A stretch of DNA of 64,000 nt from Calditrichia bacterium (GTDB lineage: Bacteria; Calditrichota; Calditrichia; RBG-13-44-9; J075). A model generated the notes under the pieces. The model saw only the letters and a program-made list of their open reading frames with translations, searched no databases and was not told where the DNA came from. The translations under genes and the position numbers were made by a program. Of the stretch, positions 1 through 9,752 are shown piece after piece; positions within the stretch are counted from its first letter, which is position 1, and each line of letters starts with the position of its first letter. The stretch is taken from assembly GCA_050633245.1 (NCBI GenBank), contig JBOEGD010000009.1, positions 96,001-160,000 on the forward strand, read 5' to 3'.

Positions 1-1298
1 TGCTTTAGAAGTTCCTCATCTGTAAAGACGCTTCGCTTTCTGCAAAGTTCTAAAAATCGTTTTTCTGATGAAATATTATCATACATACTATCAACAATAC
101 CAAGTGTTGTAATGACACTTTTATAGTACCCACCTGTTCTGTAGAAAAGAATTAAATCTCCTCGATTAAGGTCTCTATTAAATGAGCGAGAGATATATAC
201 TTTTTGTAATGCGTTTCTATGTGGCTCATTCTCTATATAGTCATCAGGAGTTTCATTCGTTAAGACTGAATCAGGCAATAATTCCGTATGATATCTAGGA
301 TAAATTGGTACTATGTAATTTGTATTATTTCGAGAAACAAATGGAAAAATAAGTTTGGGATTAGTCATGTTAAATGTTGGCGAAAAATCCCTTATAAACA
401 CCTTTTCTGTACCATTACGAGTATTTTTTGTTCCCCAAAACACAAAGCCCCAATCCTCAAATAATTTCATTAACCTAATTTGATCTTCCCGCTTGTCAAA
501 AATTGTTACATATATCTCATCTACTTTATAATTCTGAGCATTATCAAAGACTATCTTTAAGAATCGCTCACCCAACTTATATCCATTTGAAGTGACTTTT
601 AATGTACCAATTTTTAATCTCTTCTTTGGCCTGAATGCGGGTTCAATATCCCCATAGCCTTCATTTTTATCTTCAACTTTGAGATATAAAAAGGCCCCAA
701 TAGCATTATCTGTGTCACAGACATAGCATATTTCTCCTTCTTTTCTATTAAACCATTTTTCAAATTCTTGGTAATCTGTTTTGAATGAATCAAAGAATTG
801 GTCTTGTAGATTTACTTCACCAAAGTGTTTTTTTCTAACAGCTAGAACTTTGTAATCTTTTAAATCAGGATTTTCCGCTGTTACCTTTTCAAGGTATGAG
901 TCTATTTTATAGACTTTTTCAGATATTCCTAGCCGATCTGCCTTAGAGTGAATACCCCTGTCTTCTGTAATGATTAGGTCAACCCTACCATTATAGAGCT
1001 CCTTAATCAGGTCAGTATCAAACTTATCATTTTCTGAATTGTCGTATTCTCGGATTTGAGTTATCGCTTCTGAGTCATCTGAGAGTGTTCTCAAGGACTC
1101 ATAATTTTGTATCTTTATTGCCATCGTCTTTATAACAGACTCATTGGCGTGTCGCCTAATTTCAGTCATGGTATTTGGATGAACAATTTTAGTTGCACCC
1201 GTTTTATCAAGCCAATTAAATAATAAGCCTATATCTTGGTTTACTACAGTAACCGCTTCACGATGAATAATGATGTTTGTATCTAGTAGAATCCGCAT
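1..1298 (-). CDS. PIN domain + GNAT acetyltransferase protein, probably with C-terminal ASCH/EVE-like domain (3' end runs off window)
   Basis: Not in ORF track; translated by hand from ATG at 1298: MRILLDTNIIIHRE...DLIITEDRG (PIN motifs), then FFDSFKTDY..F..WF..K and RLKIGTLKV...GYKLGERFLKIVFD...IYVT (GNAT). AGGAG RBS upstream. Confidence 0.8.
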   Translation of the reverse strand, partial: MRILLDTNIIIHREAVTVVNQDIGLLFNWLDKTGATKIVHPNTMTEIRRHANESVIKTMAIKIQNYESLRTLSDDSEAITQIREYDNSENDKFDTDLIKELYNGRVDLIITEDRGIHSKADRLGISEKVYKIDSYLEKVTAENPDLKDYKVLAVRKKHFGEVNLQDQFFDSFKTDYQEFEKWFNRKEGEICYVCDTDNAIGAFLYLKVEDKNEGYGDIEPAFRPKKRLKIGTLKVTSNGYKLGERFLKIVFDNAQNYKVDEIYVTIFDKREDQIRLMKLFEDWGFVFWGTKNTRNGTEKVFIRDFSPTFNMTNPKLIFPFVSRNNTNYIVPIYPRYHTELLPDSVLTNETPDDYIENEPHRNALQKVYISRSFNRDLNRGDLILFYRTGGYYKSVITTLGIVDSMYDNISSEKRFLELCRKRSVFTDEELLK

Positions 1299-1359
1299 GC
1301 TGACTCCTTTGCAATAGAGAATTAGGGGTTAGTCTCTAAAAACTTTTCCAGCATATAAA

Positions 1360-1400
1360 GGGGAGTAACTAATGATACTTGCACCGCCCACTGAATGCAA
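1360..1400 (-). promoter_or_regulatory. sigma70-like promoter followed by ACTCCCC
   Basis: TTGCAT-N17-TATCAT-N5-ACTCCCC upstream of the PIN-GNAT gene. Confidence 0.55.
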
Positions 1401-1413
1401 CTTGATTTCTAAC

Positions 1414-1813
1414 TCAATACACTGCAGCTACTAAACATGTAATAATCCCAAACACCATGAGCAGAAAATACGGTAAGCTGTGAGAAATGTAATTTCGCGT
1501 ATAGACTCCCATTCCAAGTTCTTCTTCAAGCTCGTTCATGTTTTTAACGGTTCTGGAGTAACCTTCATAGGCACCGAACAAGCACCACAGAAGGATAATG
1601 CCTAATATAATTAATGCAATGAATAACGTCAGAAAGATGAAAATTTGTTTTGTTACCGGTTGTGGCTGATAAACTGATAGCAATTGTAGCTAGGTAAGTC
1701 AGGGGTAATTGCCACATACGATTACCATGAACGTTGAGGCGTGATTGAAGCGTTGAGAATTGTTGTCGCTTTGATTCAATTTGCCTTTGCTTCTTCATTT
1801 TAGTCAGCTCCAA
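1414..1813 (-). pseudogene. Frameshifted small multi-TM membrane protein
   Basis: ORFs 1565..1813 and 1414..1683 join into one coherent ~3-TM protein if a frameshift lies near the A-rich AACAAAACAAA (~1645-1655). Could also be a sequencing error. Confidence 0.55.
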
Positions 1814-1859
1814 TTGATTAGCATATATTTGCTTCGATTATGATATTGGAATCGTATAA

Positions 1860-2336
1860 TTAGAACATCGCTATAATACCAGAATAAATAACATTAACTA
1901 TAAGGAAAAAAGAGAGAAAGATTACTCCACGTAAAACGAACTGGTAAATCGTTCTTCTGATAAGTGCCTCTAAATGCCAATAGTCTGCCAAATCTTCGAT
2001 GTCATTTACTAATGGACGATATGGTGGACCCAAGATGTCGACACATCTGAGAAGAAGGGTTGCTAAAGCCGCATATAGAACAAACTCAATAACAAAAAAG
2101 ATTTTCGCTGGTCCACCAATATTTATTAGAATGCCCAGAACAGCTAGAATTATAGAGGTGTGGCTAAGTAGTGCAGAACTTTTACTATCGATTACTCCCA
2201 TATCATAGACAGCACCACCTGTGTCGGTATCGCCAGATCGCCTGGCCTTCACATACATTTTATTATCTGCGGCTTCGAGCTTCCAAACTTTGACTACAAG
2301 CTTATCAAACCACTTGATCAAAGGGATGTTGAGCAT
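1860..2336 (-). CDS. Hypothetical 3-TM membrane protein
   Basis: ORF with hydrophobic segments; GGAGG precedes the ATG at 2336 (track start 2369). Confidence 0.65.
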   Translation of the reverse strand: MLNIPLIKWFDKLVVKVWKLEAADNKMYVKARRSGDTDTGGAVYDMGVIDSKSSALLSHTSIILAVLGILINIGGPAKIFFVIEFVLYAALATLLLRCVDILGPPYRPLVNDIEDLADYWHLEALIRRTIYQFVLRGVIFLSFFLIVNVIYSGIIAMF

Positions 2337-2451
2337 AAAACACCTCCAAGTTGTAGAGGGGAAAATCAAATTTCATCCAGGGGAGTATTTTCGGGGGAAT
2401 TGTATAATTATACGGCTTGAAGAGCCAAGAGTTCCAATTCGATGGTATCTA

Positions 2452-3585
2452 CTACAACCTCCCCACCGGCGGCCGCTCTCTGGCCCCATCATCAGCCCGC
2501 AGCGCCTTGATAACCCGCTCCACCTGCGCCTCAAAGATCCTCTCATCCTTCTCCCACCCTCTGAAATCTGCCGCCAACCTCGAGCGCACCTGCGTCTTCT
2601 TTGCACTCTGCCACCCGTCTCCCAAGTAACCATCCAAGTCCAGTGGAATCAGTGAGAGCACCTTCTTCTTGCGCTCTCTAAACAGTTTCTGCTCCTTATT
2701 AAAGGCCGTCTCGATCTCATTGTCCACCCACCAGCTGGTCAGCGACTGCTCAGTGCAGCAAAGAAGAACCTTGTCCCAGCCCCGGATACCTCGATCGACC
2801 TGCTCAAAGATATCATCCCCTGGCAGCATCTGCTTCTCATCCAGCCAGCAGCGGATGCCTTTATCCTGGAGAGTGTTGTGCAGCCGGCGGGCGAAGTCTT
2901 TATTAGCATGGCTGTAGCTGATGAAGCATGAGTAGAATTGGATGGGGTAATCGTTGAGAATGTGATCAATCTTGTAGAGAATATCGGTGACTAGGTTTCT
3001 AGTGAGGTTTTTTTGATATAGCTTTGTTGCTTCAATTTCCCAATCCGAAAGGCCGCAGCCTCTAAGGAATTCTAGTGGAAGTGGACCACTGCGAGAAAGT
3101 GTTCTAAGGTCCAATGTGCACGGTCCAGTAAATTTACAGTGCTCAAGGTTTAAAGCCTTGCTAAGGTCAATGTCGCTAAATACTGTTTCATCTAGATTTG
3201 CATCACGCATATCTACAAAATCTAAGACTGTTTTAGAGAAAATCACACTCTCAAGGTTAGCATAAGTGAGATTTGATTGACTTAAATCAGCTGACTCGAA
3301 GTTAGCACCGGAAAACTTTGCTCCACTAAGGTTTGCATTTATACATTTTATAATCCTAAGATTAGCATCAACAAGAAAGGCCTGACTTAGATCAGCTCCA
3401 ATGAGGATTGCTCGAGGTATATCGGCTTGAATTAAATCTGCCCTGGAAAGGTTCGCCCCTTCAAGATTAACCCCGGTGAATTCAATTCTCCTCAAATCCG
3501 GCTTGACAATTGGTTCTTGAGATCGCCACTTATTCCAAACCTCAACACCCTGCTTCAGAATGTCCACGTGTTTTGGATTCGCCAT
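2452..3585 (-). CDS. Pentapeptide-repeat + TIR domain protein (copy 1)
   Basis: A(N/D)LxxA pentapeptide repeats, then [10 protein letters not shown]...GIRCWLDE...SWWVDNEIE; the TIR catalytic Glu position is occupied. Confidence 0.92.
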   Translation of the reverse strand: MANPKHVDILKQGVEVWNKWRSQEPIVKPDLRRIEFTGVNLEGANLSRADLIQADIPRAILIGADLSQAFLVDANLRIIKCINANLSGAKFSGANFESADLSQSNLTYANLESVIFSKTVLDFVDMRDANLDETVFSDIDLSKALNLEHCKFTGPCTLDLRTLSRSGPLPLEFLRGCGLSDWEIEATKLYQKNLTRNLVTDILYKIDHILNDYPIQFYSCFISYSHANKDFARRLHNTLQDKGIRCWLDEKQMLPGDDIFEQVDRGIRGWDKVLLCCTEQSLTSWWVDNEIETAFNKEQKLFRERKKKVLSLIPLDLDGYLGDGWQSAKKTQVRSRLAADFRGWEKDERIFEAQVERVIKALRADDGARERPPVGRL

Positions 3586-3743
3586 ACGCTGTTCCTTAGG
3601 GGAGTAATGTGATTGGATATCCTAATTATGAGGCGGGCTGGACTAAATGCAAATTATTTTTCGAAAGAAATTCATAATATTTCGATTTACCTATAATTGT
3701 CAGGTAAAGAGGAAAACATATAAATGACCGCCAAAAGAGCTTT

Positions 3744-4142
3744 TTGGGATTAGGGAAATACAGGGTTATTTTTTACTCATCAATTGTAGTGAGGTTACTA
3801 ATTTTAGCCCCGTCAGATGATGAATATAATACGGCAAAACCCATTGATCCAGAAATTAGAGAATTGCAAGAAAAGAAGAAGAAAAAGGAAGCTGAATATA
3901 AATCTAAGCTTTCTGAACATGATCGTGGCGCTATTGACAAGCTAAAAGAAGATAAAGTGTTTAAGAATATGGTTCGCCTGGCGTTTATCCTCCCGATTCT
4001 TGATGCAATTTTCGCTGGTTATACTACCAGAAAATTAGGTTGGTTATCCGAAGGTATACTAGAATCGGTAAAGATAATTCTTGAAATTATTCCAGGTAGC
4101 CGGGAGGTCGCTATGGGGCGAGAGCCCCTGTCCCCGAATTAA
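3744..4142 (+). CDS. Hypothetical protein (start uncertain)
   Basis: 132-aa ORF with charged helix and hydrophobic segment. Confidence 0.4.
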   Translation: MGLGKYRVIFYSSIVVRLLILAPSDDEYNTAKPIDPEIRELQEKKKKKEAEYKSKLSEHDRGAIDKLKEDKVFKNMVRLAFILPILDAIFAGYTTRKLGWLSEGILESVKIILEIIPGSREVAMGREPLSPN

Positions 4143-4163
4143 CCTGATTAGGAAGGTGACATT

Positions 4164-4433
4164 ATGAGTGCAGAGCAAGAGATTAGTATTAGGCAGGCTT
4201 TGAAGATTGCATTACTTATGATCATGGTGTTCTTCTATGCGGTATTGTTCGTTGCTCTCTTTGCAGCAATAACACGAGACATCATTGCCATACAATACGC
4301 AGAATGGTCTTCTTTGATTTTTGGAGGAGCGATTGCAATTGTGTTTTTTCGCAATAAGGGTAGAGTGTTTTACATTATAGCAGCAGGGCTCTGGGTAATT
4401 CTTTACATACTCCTAGAAGTTTTTTATTCCTAA
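4164..4433 (+). CDS. Small 3-TM membrane protein
   Basis: AGGAAGG RBS; three hydrophobic segments. Confidence 0.6.
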   Translation: MSAEQEISIRQALKIALLMIMVFFYAVLFVALFAAITRDIIAIQYAEWSSLIFGGAIAIVFFRNKGRVFYIIAAGLWVILYILLEVFYS

Positions 4434-4531
4434 AATCAGACCCTAGCGACGCTAACCGCCTCAATTCCCCTTGCATATTTCCTCACTCCTTCGTTTTTTA
4501 TATCACTCCCCCTCACTAAACCGGAATAGCT

Positions 4532-5602
4532 ATGTCCGAGAAGAAACCACCCAGCGAGACAGATCAGCTCCGAGAAGAACTTGAGGTGCAACAGGCTGAA
4601 CTCAAGAAGCTCAAAGAGCAACTCCAAGATCAGAAGAAGCAGCTGATCCAACAAGATCATCGTCCGCTTACTGTGCTTAAGAATTTAGTGGTTTCCCACA
4701 TGAATGAAGGTGCAAAGGACACTCGAGAGGCTTCCATAATGGCCGCCGGTAGTTTAGTTTATCGAAAACTTGCACAGCGAACGCGAGTAATTATTGGCGC
4801 AGGCCTAGTTGGAACTCTCATCGGCTTGGGTACTTTGTATGTCACCTGGTCAACACTTACCGAGCTGAAATCCCAGAATCAAGAGTTTATTAAGCAAAAT
4901 GAGTTGGTCACAAGCCAGAATAAGCTGTTTCAGCAGCAGATGGTCGATCAACAACGCTCAACCAATGCGCAGTTGCTTTCGGATATTCTTGCTGAAATTG
5001 AGGATGCAGAACGTGAGGTGAAAAAGACTATAAGGAATTTAGATGGGTATTGGAAACCTAGTCGCCAGCTCTTGTATCGAATTCACACTTCCGCGAGAGC
5101 CTTTGAAACAAATCATCAAGGTTCATATAATTATGAACGCGGTCAGCTATTGCAGGCGCTGGTAGATGCTAGAGTAAGATTTCCCCTTAGACCTAATCCA
5201 CTCTTTCGTAACGCAGATTTAAGGTTGGCTGATCTGAGAAATGCTAGCCTCTCATCCGTAGATCTACCTTATGCAAATCTACAGAAGTCACGACTTGATA
5301 ATACTGATCTAAGTCATTCAATGCTATCAGGGAGCGACTTAAGAATTGTTAATTTCTCTGGAGCAAATTTAATGCACGCTAACCTGTCAGGAGCTGATCT
5401 TGGAGAGGCTTATTTCTATGCTACAGATTTGCGAAACGTTCGTGGTCTTAAAGTTGAACAATTATCTAGAGCTGCAACACTTTATTTGGCACAGATTAGT
5501 GATACAATGTTATTGAATCCATTAAGAAAGTACTGGCCCAATTTGTTTTTGCACCCAGATTCCGTTACAGATTTTTCTCCTTGGTGGAAGAAACCTCAAT
5601 AA
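4532..5602 (+). CDS. Coiled-coil/TM pentapeptide-repeat protein
   Basis: N-terminal coiled coil, one TM, C-terminal ADLR.ADLR.ASL pentapeptide repeats. Confidence 0.85.
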   Translation: MSEKKPPSETDQLREELEVQQAELKKLKEQLQDQKKQLIQQDHRPLTVLKNLVVSHMNEGAKDTREASIMAAGSLVYRKLAQRTRVIIGAGLVGTLIGLGTLYVTWSTLTELKSQNQEFIKQNELVTSQNKLFQQQMVDQQRSTNAQLLSDILAEIEDAEREVKKTIRNLDGYWKPSRQLLYRIHTSARAFETNHQGSYNYERGQLLQALVDARVRFPLRPNPLFRNADLRLADLRNASLSSVDLPYANLQKSRLDNTDLSHSMLSGSDLRIVNFSGANLMHANLSGADLGEAYFYATDLRNVRGLKVEQLSRAATLYLAQISDTMLLNPLRKYWPNLFLHPDSVTDFSPWWKKPQ

Positions 5603-5945
5603 ACACTCCACCTCCCCACCTCCCACCCAATACACCCGGCAGCAATAATGTCATCCTTGATCTTTTTTCTGGCCCACGCCTGCCTTAGATGCGGCACACA
5701 CAAGTTTCGAAAGATCCTCTCGAAGAACAGATACTTGGTGCGCTTCCACTGCGCATTGGTCATGCCGGGTCTTCTCTTTGCCGGATAGAGTTTCCCTTTG
5801 CAACACTTCACTGGCTACCTCGACAACCGGAATACCCGCATCCTCAGCGTAGATTTTAACCCGCGTTGCCACTTCCTCGAGAACTTTTAGCGTCTTGACA
5901 TTGCGTTCCAGGTGCCTATGTTCGATCGCAATGGCTTGCTCTCTG
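5596..5945 (-). pseudogene. Phage-type RuvC-like Holliday junction resolvase remnant (5'-truncated, frameshifted)
   Basis: Joined frames read AIAIEH...RNVKTLKVL.....GIPVVEVA/..GKL...KDDIIAAGCIG, matching RuvC strand-Glu, 'gip..v.P..wk' and C-terminal D..A..I motifs. GC-richer than its flanks. Confidence 0.55.
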
Positions 5946-6052
5946 CAAGAAGGGCTGGAAGGTTTTATTGTGACAATTAGTTTTAGAAAGGGGTATGCTT
6001 ACTACGACATTGATTATCGAAATGAGCATACCAACCAGCTTAAGAACCCAGG

Positions 6053-8182
6053 CTATGTATATTGCTCAAATGGCCCCATACTGTTCAAGAAGTCATCAAA
6101 GTTACTCTCCAGTTGAGAATCAGATTTTCTAATCACAGCTTTATCTGTAATAATCAGGTCGATTAAATCTGGTTTAGATAAATATGTATTCTCTAGTTTA
6201 TCCTGATAAAATTCTGGCAATTGAGTTAAGCTTGGGTAATTCTTGTATGACTCACCAACAACAACGACAAATACCTCACTTCCATTTTCCTGCGCAAAGT
6301 TCTTCAAGGATCGCAACCTGCTAGCATCTCTTGGTGGATGAAATACCCAACGGTCATTGTCAAAACCTTCTGCACCTATAACAACCATAATTTTAGTATT
6401 CGTTAGTACATTCTTGTTATCTGGAAAAGCATCTTTTAGATCAGGTAGAGAGTAGTCTTCTTTTAATTCAAACATCATTAAACGCGCTTCAAATGATTCC
6501 TGGTCGTCTGACTTCATGACAAACAGCTTAGGGGGTATTCTCTTGTTAATTGATTCTGCGTCTTTAAAGACCACGGTCTTAAGCATTTCTAACACTGTTT
6601 TGCTATATCCATGAGTAACCAAAACTTTATCGTTTTTATCTTCCTGCTTCTCAATAGAGCTCAGCCAGGAAGAATACTCTTGAGAGAATTTCTCGACAAT
6701 CCTCTTTCTATTTATATTTATAACCACATTGGTGCTACCGTAAAGCTCTGAAAGAAGCGTTAGCTCATTTGTAGCTCGTTCTTTGTTTATGTCAAATATA
6801 TTGGGAATAGAATTGTCCTGAATCCTTTCCAATAAGGTTCTTGTAGTCCTTAGCTTCGTATTATCTGTTTCAGTTGCACAGAGCCTGAGCGCAGCGACAT
6901 GTAAATCAAAGCCGATGTAGGCTTTTTGTTTATGAAATAGGTAGCGTAGTTGCTCAGAGACTATTGCAAAGACATTATACTTCTCTTGTTCCACCCTTTC
7001 AGTCATTGCTTGATTTGCAACAAACGAAATGGCTCGAACATAGTTAATTAATGAGCTTGAAGCCGACGCATTCGGAATAAAGTCTAATATATAGTTATTA
7101 AGATCCGAATATTTTAAAACCTGCAGCTGGAAAGAGGTTCTGCTTCGAATTTTCTCATGGTCTCTATTGTTTTTGCGAAGAAGCTTTACTATGCTCTCTT
7201 CAAATATTTCCTCTCCGTAGTCACCACGAATTCCATGCAGAAGTATTCTCCAGTTTTCAATATATTTCTCCATACGATTCTTATACATATCTGGACTAAA
7301 CTGAATAATATGATCGCAAAATCTACGAATTGGGATTCCACATTCATCTGCAGCAAAACATTTCATAATCTTCAAACGCTGAATGGAGCTATGACTTTTA
7401 CGGGAAAGCTTGTCCAGCTTTTCCACCGCTGCCAAAATTAGTTTTCGCTCTTCGACTAAAAATTGCAAAAGCTCTGTCCTGGATTTTGCTTTCAGCAATT
7501 TCTGATTAGCAACATTTTGTAAGAAAAGTGTATTTCTGTCTTCCAGAAACGAATTGCCAAGTTTCCATATCTCGTAACTTATTATTTCAAGAATCTCTGA
7601 CTTAGCCCACCCCCTGATTGTTGTCTTGGCATATTCTTCAGGAGAGACTCTCCCAAGAAGGCGCAAGGTGCAAAATGTAGCACCGAGCAAAATTGAAAAA
7701 AGTAAAGATACGGCTATTAGAGCGCTCGCAAATAAACTTGAGTCCAGCGCATTTAACAAAAAGCTATAGAGTGGAATAAACGCTATGATGATAGTGGCTG
7801 CTGCAATAAATGTGATGGTATTACCCAGAGCCAAAGCTCGGATCATTTGCTGAGATCGGATTTTTAATATCCAGGATAAACTTGGGCGAAAATATTCTGA
7901 AGGCATTGCTATTCTTTGCTGAGAACTCGGTCGATTTTTAAATCGATTCCAAGCTGCTTCAATATCTGTATCCGGATCATTGTTCACAGGATTGGTAATT
8001 GCACCAAACAAAATCTCCCCCGACATTTGTTCCTCATAAGCGCATATCAATTCCGCCTTATATTCAGGATACTTTGCTAAATAGTCCTTAATATCGGGAT
8101 TATCTCCGTTGAGTTTTCTAACTGCAATACCATCCAAAACTTCAGTAATCAAGTTTTCAACTTCTAATTTACTATCACTCAT
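6053..8182 (-). CDS. 2-TM protein with C-terminal eIF2B/IF-2B-like (sugar-phosphate isomerase fold) domain; putative partner of adjacent ECF sigma
   Basis: Motifs VLVTHGYSKTV, MVVIGAE, VVVVGESYK and PDLIDLIITD appear in the order of eIF2B alpha/beta/delta-family motifs. Two TM helices at ~aa 120-175. ATGA overlap with sigma gene. Confidence 0.75.
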   Translation of the reverse strand: MSDSKLEVENLITEVLDGIAVRKLNGDNPDIKDYLAKYPEYKAELICAYEEQMSGEILFGAITNPVNNDPDTDIEAAWNRFKNRPSSQQRIAMPSEYFRPSLSWILKIRSQQMIRALALGNTITFIAAATIIIAFIPLYSFLLNALDSSLFASALIAVSLLFSILLGATFCTLRLLGRVSPEEYAKTTIRGWAKSEILEIISYEIWKLGNSFLEDRNTLFLQNVANQKLLKAKSRTELLQFLVEERKLILAAVEKLDKLSRKSHSSIQRLKIMKCFAADECGIPIRRFCDHIIQFSPDMYKNRMEKYIENWRILLHGIRGDYGEEIFEESIVKLLRKNNRDHEKIRSRTSFQLQVLKYSDLNNYILDFIPNASASSSLINYVRAISFVANQAMTERVEQEKYNVFAIVSEQLRYLFHKQKAYIGFDLHVAALRLCATETDNTKLRTTRTLLERIQDNSIPNIFDINKERATNELTLLSELYGSTNVVININRKRIVEKFSQEYSSWLSSIEKQEDKNDKVLVTHGYSKTVLEMLKTVVFKDAESINKRIPPKLFVMKSDDQESFEARLMMFELKEDYSLPDLKDAFPDNKNVLTNTKIMVVIGAEGFDNDRWVFHPPRDASRLRSLKNFAQENGSEVFVVVVGESYKNYPSLTQLPEFYQDKLENTYLSKPDLIDLIITDKAVIRKSDSQLESNFDDFLNSMGPFEQYT

Positions 8183-9126
8183 GTCAACTCCCTATTGAAA
8201 GATAGGTTCGTTAATGATGCAAGTTCGCTGACGATTAATTGCCTACTTTGCGAGGCGGCAATTTTGTTGCCGGCTATTTCTCTATATGTCCTTTTACTCT
8301 GAAAACGTTGCTGAATTAGTTTCGCCTTTCTTGGGCTTGTTCTTGCGAGAATCTTCGCCAAAATCATTTTGTCCTGTTCATCGAACCACTTAAACCTATA
8401 TCCTTCTTCAACGATTATTGAATGCAGATACGGGCCTAGTTTTTCCCCTAATGGGTGGTGGGCAATAAACTCTTTTATAGATGGGGGTTTGCCAGCCTGC
8501 TTCCTTTCACAAAAACTATCAAGGGTATCGGTTATAATGAAATCACCGATTTTCTTAAGACATCTTGCATTTCGCTTGCGTAATCTAACTGCTCCATTCA
8601 AGTCACCTATCTTTTTTGCAATCTCATTGTAGGGTAAACCATGTAAAAATCGTAGCTCAATAAGCTCTGAATCCTCGGGTGAAACAACCCTTGTTATATA
8701 ATCCCAGGCTTCATTCTCAATGAGTTTGATATCTATTGATTTTTCAAACCCTCCAATGTCTTCAATAAGTGGTATTTTCGTGAGTGAGTTCTTCATCTTG
8801 GGATATATTGATGAGAACGGCTTCGGTAAGCGATTATTGAGGTTAAAGTAATCTACACATTTGTTGCGGGCGATCTTGAACAACCATCTTTCAAATGACG
8901 CCCTTATTTGATCTTCTGTATCTTTTTGGTGCGGAGTAAAGGTTGCTATGTTAATAAAGGCCGCAATAAGCACATCCTGGGAAACATCTTCAACTATAGC
9001 TATTGGAATACCCAGATATCTTACAAAGTTGTTTAACCTCTTATAATAATGTTTAAAGAGAATCTCTTTGCTCTTTACATTGCCTCTTCGACAGCCTTCC
9101 AATATTGAGCTAAAGCCTAGTCCCAT
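8179..9126 (-). CDS. ECF sigma-70 factor with long C-terminal extension
   Basis: sigma2 (EDVSQDV; FERWLFKIARNKCVD) and sigma4 (LIELRFLHGLPYNEIAK). ~120-aa extension includes a second sigma4-like segment (LIQQRFQSKRTYREIA). Confidence 0.88.
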   Translation of the reverse strand: MGLGFSSILEGCRRGNVKSKEILFKHYYKRLNNFVRYLGIPIAIVEDVSQDVLIAAFINIATFTPHQKDTEDQIRASFERWLFKIARNKCVDYFNLNNRLPKPFSSIYPKMKNSLTKIPLIEDIGGFEKSIDIKLIENEAWDYITRVVSPEDSELIELRFLHGLPYNEIAKKIGDLNGAVRLRKRNARCLKKIGDFIITDTLDSFCERKQAGKPPSIKEFIAHHPLGEKLGPYLHSIIVEEGYRFKWFDEQDKMILAKILARTSPRKAKLIQQRFQSKRTYREIAGNKIAASQSRQLIVSELASLTNLSFNRELT

Positions 9127-9270
9127 AGGAACCTCCTGTTAAACCCCAAACTGAAAAAGCGTCCTCCAAACTCCCTGTTTAAAGAATACCTGTTACCTCT
9201 AGATTTATATTATTTCATCCTGATCTATAATTGTGCGTGATGAAAGAGTTGATTACCCTAATTTTGGTTA

Positions 9271-9380
9271 CTAACTGAAAAGAGGTCAGAAACGTGACAT
9301 ACTTTTGAAAAAAAGTGAGAAAAAATATCTCATCATGATCTCCCATTCTTCTGTCACATTCTTCTCCCCTTTAGGGTTTA
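9271..9380. promoter_or_regulatory. Back-to-back ECF-type promoters TGTCAC-N18-GTT
   Basis: Minus strand: TGTCAC (9299-9294)-N18-GTTAG, towards the sigma gene. Plus strand: TGTCAC (9352-9357)-N18-GTTTA, towards 9412. Confidence 0.5.
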
Positions 9381-9411
9381 TACAGTAAATAGCCCAATAA
9401 AGGAGATCTAT

Positions 9412-9693
9412 ATGTTAGCTGATCCAAATTTTCAAAGTATTCTGGCTGGCGCATTAATGGGAGGGTTTTGTGTGTTCGCAACAGTATTCGCTCGACTCAT
9501 TGTAAAGATCCTGGTCGGTGCTCTTATCGTGACTCTGTCTTTTGTAGGCTACAGCCAGGGAGTTGTAGGTCTAGAGAAGCTATTTAGTTCAATAGTGGCC
9601 AGCCTGTTGTATCACATTTATTTTTCTGGCGGGTTTGGATTTACACTGTTTGCACTCATTGCTCTTGGCTTTACTAACAAGTCAGATCCGTAA
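9412..9693 (+). CDS. Small 3-TM membrane protein
   Basis: AAGGAG RBS; hydrophobic 93 aa. Confidence 0.7.
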   Translation: MLADPNFQSILAGALMGGFCVFATVFARLIVKILVGALIVTLSFVGYSQGVVGLEKLFSSIVASLLYHIYFSGGFGFTLFALIALGFTNKSDP

Positions 9694-9728
9694 CCATATC
9701 CCATAATCAGAATAAAGAGATTTCACTC

Positions 9729-9752
9729 AAAGGCTCGCTTTTACGAGCCTTT
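9729..9752. terminator. Bidirectional intrinsic terminator
   Basis: AAAGGCTCG-CTTTTA-CGAGCCTTT. Confidence 0.6.
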
